From the NCBI GenBank assembly GCA_009920585.1, contig RFZT01000001.1:1-39694 (forward strand): a stretch of DNA of 39,694 nucleotides, given 5' to 3'. Below the pieces are notes generated by a model, which did not search any database, was not told the DNA's origin, and was given only the letters and a program-made list of their open reading frames with translations. Of the stretch, positions 36,304 to 39,694 are shown piece after piece. Numbering within the stretch: position 1 is the first letter of the stretch; each line of letters begins with the position of its first letter. The translations under genes were made by a program, and so were the position numbers. The stretch comes from a bacterium (lineage in GTDB: Bacteria; Verrucomicrobiota; Verrucomicrobiia; Chthoniobacterales; Terrimicrobiaceae).

Positions 36304-36825
36304 CTATTCCGTGCCTCCCATGGAGTCGCCTTTGGCCTTGAGAACGCGGGCCAGGCTAGCGCCGGGTTCGTTGAGGACGCGAACGAGTTGGCTTGCAGGA
36401 GCCTGAAGGAGCCCCAGGAGTGTGGCGCGCAGGACGTCTTTGCTTGGCAAGTCGGCCAAGACGGCAACTTGGGCTGCCGAAAGGGCGGCATTGTCAAGAA
36501 CGCCTGCTCGGACGGTGGGCTTTTTGAACTCGGCAGCAAATGTCTTGAGGACTTTGGCTGCGGCGCAAATATCCACTTCGCCTGTGACCATGGCGGTCTG
36601 GCCTGAAAGGGACTCGGACATTTCCGGCATCTGCAGTTCTTGGGCTGCGATGCGCAAAAAGGTGTTTCTTACAACGCTAATTTTTGCTCCTGCCTCGCTG
36701 AGTTTGGTTCTCAGGGTCTCGAAGTGCGGCACTTTCATGCCGGTGAAGTCAACGATGAGAAGATAAGGAGAGGCTTTGAGCTTCTCGCGAACGTCGGAGA
36801 CGATTAAGGTTTTCTCGGGTCTCAT
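36304..36825 (-). CDS. rplJ: 50S ribosomal protein L10
   Basis: 173 aa. The N-terminal region (..EKTLIVSDVREKLKASPYLLIVDFTGMKV..) and the position between rplA and rplL fit L10. Confidence 0.93.
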   Translation of the reverse strand: MRPEKTLIVSDVREKLKASPYLLIVDFTGMKVPHFETLRTKLSEAGAKISVVRNTFLRIAAQELQMPEMSESLSGQTAMVTGEVDICAAAKVLKTFAAEFKKPTVRAGVLDNAALSAAQVAVLADLPSKDVLRATLLGLLQAPASQLVRVLNEPGASLARVLKAKGDSMGGTE

Positions 36826-36835
36826 GATTTTTTAA

Positions 36836-37537
36836 TTAGTGTTTCAGGAACGATGAAGGATCAACCGAGAGACCGGGTGACATGGTGGCGCTCAGTGTGA
36901 TGGCTTGAACAAATGAGCCCTTGGCCGTCGGTGGGCGGGATTTGATGACGGCGTCAATGACAGCGGCGCCATTCTCAAGAAGCGATTTTCCGTCGAAAGA
37001 AAATTTGCCAACAGGAACAGCAACGTTTCCGTTTTTATCGAGTTTGAATTCGACGCGTCCGGCTTTGACTTCCTTGACAGCTTTGGCTGTGTCGTCGGTA
37101 ACGGTTCCCGTTTTTGGATTCGGCATCAAACCACGTGGTCCGAGGACGCGACCAAGTTTACGAACTTCGGCCATGGCGGCTGGAGTGGCGACAGCGACAT
37201 CGAAGTCGGAAAATCCGCCGGTAACTTTTTTAATGAGATCTTCGAATCCGACGAATTCTGCGCCGGCTTCTTTTGCTGCTTCAGCGGCTTGTCCGGTAGC
37301 GAATACAAGTACGCGAACATTTTTTCCACTACCGTTAGGGAGAGGACAGGTGCCGCGAACCATTTGGTCACTCTGCTTGGGATCTACACCCAGCTTGAAA
37401 GAGAGGGTGACAGTTTGATCAAATTTTGGTGCGGGAAGGGACTTGAGGATTTCAATAGCATCCGTGAGTTGATACTTGCGATGCGACTCGATTTTTGCTT
37501 CCGCTGCGCGATAGCGCTTGCTGCGTTTTTTTTGCAT
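36836..37537 (-). CDS. rplA: 50S ribosomal protein L1
   Basis: 233 aa with RSKRYRAA..FDQTVTLSFKLGVDPKQSDQMVRGTCPLPNGSGK..LGPRGLMPNPKTGTVT. Confidence 0.96.
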   Translation of the reverse strand: MQKKRSKRYRAAEAKIESHRKYQLTDAIEILKSLPAPKFDQTVTLSFKLGVDPKQSDQMVRGTCPLPNGSGKNVRVLVFATGQAAEAAKEAGAEFVGFEDLIKKVTGGFSDFDVAVATPAAMAEVRKLGRVLGPRGLMPNPKTGTVTDDTAKAVKEVKAGRVEFKLDKNGNVAVPVGKFSFDGKSLLENGAAVIDAVIKSRPPTAKGSFVQAITLSATMSPGLSVDPSSFLKH

Positions 37538-37606
37538 TTAATGTTGTGCAGTGCGAGCGACCTTGTGGTCTCCTGCTGTTGATTTTTTCCTTGGTTGGGA
37601 GGCGAG

Positions 37607-37634
37607 AAGCTAAAGGGTTAACCCTATATGTCAA
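37607..37634 (-). promoter_or_regulatory. Candidate sigma-70-type promoter for rplA-rplJ-rplL-rpoBC (TTGACA-N16-TAGCTT) with an A/T-rich upstream element
   Basis: On the minus strand the -35 is TTGACA (37634-37629), the 16-nt spacer is TATAGGGTTAACCCTT, and the -10 is TAGCTT (37612-37607). An A/T tract lies immediately upstream (37635-37653). It is about 70 nt upstream of the rplA ATG. Confidence 0.5.
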
Positions 37635-37653
37635 ATAAAAAACCAAAAAAAAT

Positions 37654-37681
37654 TTGACTGTGGGGTTTAGCGGACTAGCTT
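37654..37681 (+). promoter_or_regulatory. Candidate sigma-70-type promoter for rpoZ-smpB (TTGACT-N16-TAGCTT), back to back with the rplA promoter
   Basis: The -35 is TTGACT (37654-37659), the spacer is 16 nt, and the -10 is TAGCTT (37676-37681). It is about 47 nt upstream of the rpoZ ATG at 37728. Its architecture matches the divergent promoter. Confidence 0.45.
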
Positions 37682-37727
37682 TCACGCTCCGCAGGCGAAG
37701 ATCATCGTCTTGCTCGGTATAATAATT

Positions 37728-37937
37728 ATGAAAGCTCAATACATCGAAGAAGCATCCAAAGTCATTCCCGAAACCCATGTCCTAATTAATATGGTTTCGC
37801 GCCGGGTTCGTCAACTCAGTGCAGGTAGTCGTCCGCTCATTGATGCCGCCTTGAGCCTGGGTCTTGCGGACGTAGCTCTTCTTGAAATCGCACAAGGCAA
37901 GATCGTCCTCGCAGAACCTCTCGTTGACGCAGCTTAA
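37728..37937 (+). CDS. rpoZ: DNA-directed RNA polymerase subunit omega
   Basis: 69 aa from ATG 37728 reading MKAQYIEEASKVIPETHVLINMVSRRVRQLSAGSRPLID..VALLEIAQGKIV. This matches the omega pattern (..L[IV]..[VA]S.R.RQL..G..PL ... AL.EIA.GKI). The track's TTG start at 37710 is less likely. Confidence 0.78.
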   Translation: MKAQYIEEASKVIPETHVLINMVSRRVRQLSAGSRPLIDAALSLGLADVALLEIAQGKIVLAEPLVDAA

Positions 37938-37964
37938 GGGTCTGCTGCGTGCAGCGGCAGAAAT

Positions 37965-38426
37965 ATGGCATCTGATATTACCACCAATCGAAAGGCACTG
38001 CGAGATTACCACATTCTCGACAGGTTTGAGGCCGGGTTGGAGCTCAAGGGTACAGAGGTCAAATCCATTCGTGCTGGCCTAGTGTCTCTCCAGGGAGCCT
38101 TCGCCAAATTGGAAAACGGACAGATTTATCTTTTCGAAAGCACGATCCAACCCTACGAGCGAGCGAGTCACGAGCAGCATGAGTCGAAGCGCCAGAGAAG
38201 GCTTTTGTTGCACAAGGTCGAGATAGATAAGTTGGCTGGCGCTATCGAGCGGGATGGTCTGACCATTCCAGCCTTGCGTATGTATTGGAAAAAGGGACTC
38301 GTCAAAATCGAGTTGGGCATCGGCAAAGGGAAGCAGGCTGCCGATAAGCGCATGGATTTAAAGAAACGAGTGGAGTCGAGAGAGGCGGAGCGAGCGGTCT
38401 CCGCATTCCATCGCCGAGGCCAGTAA
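37965..38426 (+). CDS. smpB: SsrA-binding protein SmpB
   Basis: 153 aa with NRKALRDYHILDRFEAGLELKGTEVKSIRAG..YLFESTIQPYE..HE..RQRRLLLHK.EI.KL. Confidence 0.96.
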   Translation: MASDITTNRKALRDYHILDRFEAGLELKGTEVKSIRAGLVSLQGAFAKLENGQIYLFESTIQPYERASHEQHESKRQRRLLLHKVEIDKLAGAIERDGLTIPALRMYWKKGLVKIELGIGKGKQAADKRMDLKKRVESREAERAVSAFHRRGQ

Positions 38427-38451
38427 AGCTTCGGAAAAGTAGATGGCCTGT

Positions 38452-39588
38452 CTACAAGTTAGTACAGGGATTTTCAAGTAGGTGATTGGGATTCCTTGCA
38501 TGCAAGAAGCCGTTTGGAAGCTGGCTCTCAGCCCCCCCCTTTGAAAAAAGGATCACTTTAAACTGTGATCCCATCGTTTCTGGATGGAGCAGCATCCGCA
38601 ATGCGCGGAGTTTTTTGAGTGTTTCGGGAGGCGGAGTTTTTCCGTCCAGGGATTGAAGCAACTTTGTTGCGGCTCCGACAAGAAAGTGGTGCTGATCGGT
38701 GAATCCCCGTAAATCCAAACCAACCGCACAGGCATCGCGGGACAGAGATGAAAAGTCAACATGCGCGGTGATGTCTTTTTCGCCTGGTCGTTCCAATGGA
38801 TTTTCGTCACGTCGATGATTCGAGTAGCAGGCGAGCGTCCCTCGGTTTCGATGCTCGGCAAGGAGGTCTTCGCTAGGCATGCCGTAGTCGATCGCAAGAA
38901 GAAATCCCTTTTCCATTTTACTCGATATCCCTTGGAGAAGCTCTTTCTGAGCACATCGGCGCTCGGTGAGAAATCCATCAGGCCTGGGAGGAAGTGGCAT
39001 CCCATCGATCAAATTTTGCTTTGGGCTAAAGAAAAAACCATCACTCTCGGATTTGACTAAAAGTTCTCTCCATTGCCCGTCATGTGCCTGAAGAATGTCC
39101 ACAGGGAGTGCGTCGAAGAGCTCATTTGAGAAGTGAATTCCACAAAACGAGGGAAGCAAGTCTGGTGACGAAATCCAGGAAACATGAGCTCCCGAAAGAA
39201 GGTGGGCTTGTTTGTTTTTTAGGGACTCGAGTGGTTCAATGATGATCCAGTGCGCGTTCGCGAGTGGGGTGCCGGAAAGGGCATCGATGATGTCACGTGA
39301 GAGTTGGCCATCATTGGCTCCCTGTTCGACGATCGTAAAATCATCTGGCTCTCCAAGAATGGACCACATTTCAAGGAACTGACCCGCGAGGATCTCGCCA
39401 AAAATGGGGCCGACACTCACGTTGGTAAAAAAATCTCCCTCGCGTCCCACTTTTGCTCGGTCGCTGGAATAGTAGCCCTCTTGCGAATCGTAGAGTGCAA
39501 GCTCCATGAAGCGGGAAAACTTCATCGCTCCCGCCTGTGCTATCTCATCGTGAATCCTGTCTTTAAGGCTTTGTGACCTCGCGCACAT
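38452..39588 (-). CDS. Class I SAM-dependent methyltransferase, MidA/NDUFAF7-like (DUF185)
   Basis: The N-terminal pattern LKDRIHDEIAQAGAMKFSRFMELALYDSQEGYYS, then GDFFTNVSVGPIFGEILA and IVEQGANDGQLSRDI, match the family. I prefer ATG 39588 (MCARSQ..) over 39624, which would lengthen the overlap with the upstream frame. Confidence 0.8.
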   Translation of the reverse strand: MCARSQSLKDRIHDEIAQAGAMKFSRFMELALYDSQEGYYSSDRAKVGREGDFFTNVSVGPIFGEILAGQFLEMWSILGEPDDFTIVEQGANDGQLSRDIIDALSGTPLANAHWIIIEPLESLKNKQAHLLSGAHVSWISSPDLLPSFCGIHFSNELFDALPVDILQAHDGQWRELLVKSESDGFFFSPKQNLIDGMPLPPRPDGFLTERRCAQKELLQGISSKMEKGFLLAIDYGMPSEDLLAEHRNRGTLACYSNHRRDENPLERPGEKDITAHVDFSSLSRDACAVGLDLRGFTDQHHFLVGAATKLLQSLDGKTPPPETLKKLRALRMLLHPETMGSQFKVILFSKGGAESQLPNGFLHARNPNHLLENPCTNL

Positions 39589-39694
39589 AGACGTTGATTT
39601 GTCCGCCGGTGCTTTCACGAACATCCATCACTTGGAATGGGCGGCGCGAATCTCGAGAGACGAAACTGCCGTCGGAGGGAGCCTTCATCCCATT
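39563..39694 (-). CDS. 3' end of an unidentified gene entering from the right edge
   Basis: Hand translation of the minus strand from 39694 gives NGMKAPSDGSFVSRDSRRPFQVMDVRESTGGQINVYVREVTKP, with a stop (TAA) at 39563-39565. It overlaps the methyltransferase start region in another frame. It is too short for me to identify. Confidence 0.3.
   Translation of the reverse strand, partial: NGMKAPSDGSFVSRDSRRPFQVMDVRESTGGQINVYVREVTKP

Noticed and set aside
36826-36835. L10 leader RNA upstream of rplJ, and a classical L1/L11 leader upstream of rplA
   Set aside because: The rplA-rplJ gap is only 10 nt. I cannot recognise the 23S-mimic L1 binding fold by eye in the ~70-nt rplA leader. A covariance-model scan is needed.
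38427-38451. Expected a tmRNA (ssrA) gene next to smpB
   Set aside because: Only 25 nt separate smpB from the convergent methyltransferase gene. No tRNA-like acceptor/T-arm sequence or tag reading frame is present anywhere in the window.
1-39694. CRISPR arrays, rRNA or tRNA genes, IS elements, prophage or integrase genes
   Set aside because: No regularly spaced repeats longer than the short tandem repeats listed above. No intergenic region exceeds about 450 bp. No ORF has transposase, integrase or phage hallmarks.

Overview
This 39.7 kb window looks like a chromosomal segment from the Verrucomicrobiota/PVC group. That placement is an inference from protein sequence flavour, DUF5069, exosortase genes and start codons without Shine-Dalgarno sequences. 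About two thirds is housekeeping, mostly on the minus strand. One block runs rplA-rplJ-rplL-rpoB-rpoC-rpsB-tsf. A second runs rlmN, an acidic hypothetical protein, ffh, rpsP, a KH-domain protein, a small secreted protein, then rho. rpoZ and smpB are on the plus strand. There are three accessory-looking parts. (1) The left end carries a CDP-3,6-dideoxyhexose operon (rfbF-rfbG-rfbH) split by a toxin-antitoxin-like cassette. The MazF/PemK-like frame of that cassette has no stop codon and reads in frame into rfbH. A TPR/GT41 (SPINDLY-type) glycosyltransferase is transcribed divergently from this operon. (2) An exosortase locus spans 12.4-22.5 kb. It holds a sigma-54 response regulator with no kinase in the window, a polytopic GT-C-like membrane protein, an MsbA-like ABC exporter, an EpsB/WbaP-type priming sugar transferase, an exosortase fused to an EpsI-like domain, and an ATGA-coupled membrane-anchored TPR-like protein. 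(3) A beta-CASP MBL hydrolase, a DUF5069 protein and an ABC-F ATPase form a co-directional trio. I found no tRNA, rRNA, tmRNA, CRISPR array, transposase or integrase. The rfbH frame and a short frame at the right edge run off the window and are absent from the ORF track; I translated both by hand. All functional calls rest on motif and family recognition by eye, because no searches could be run.
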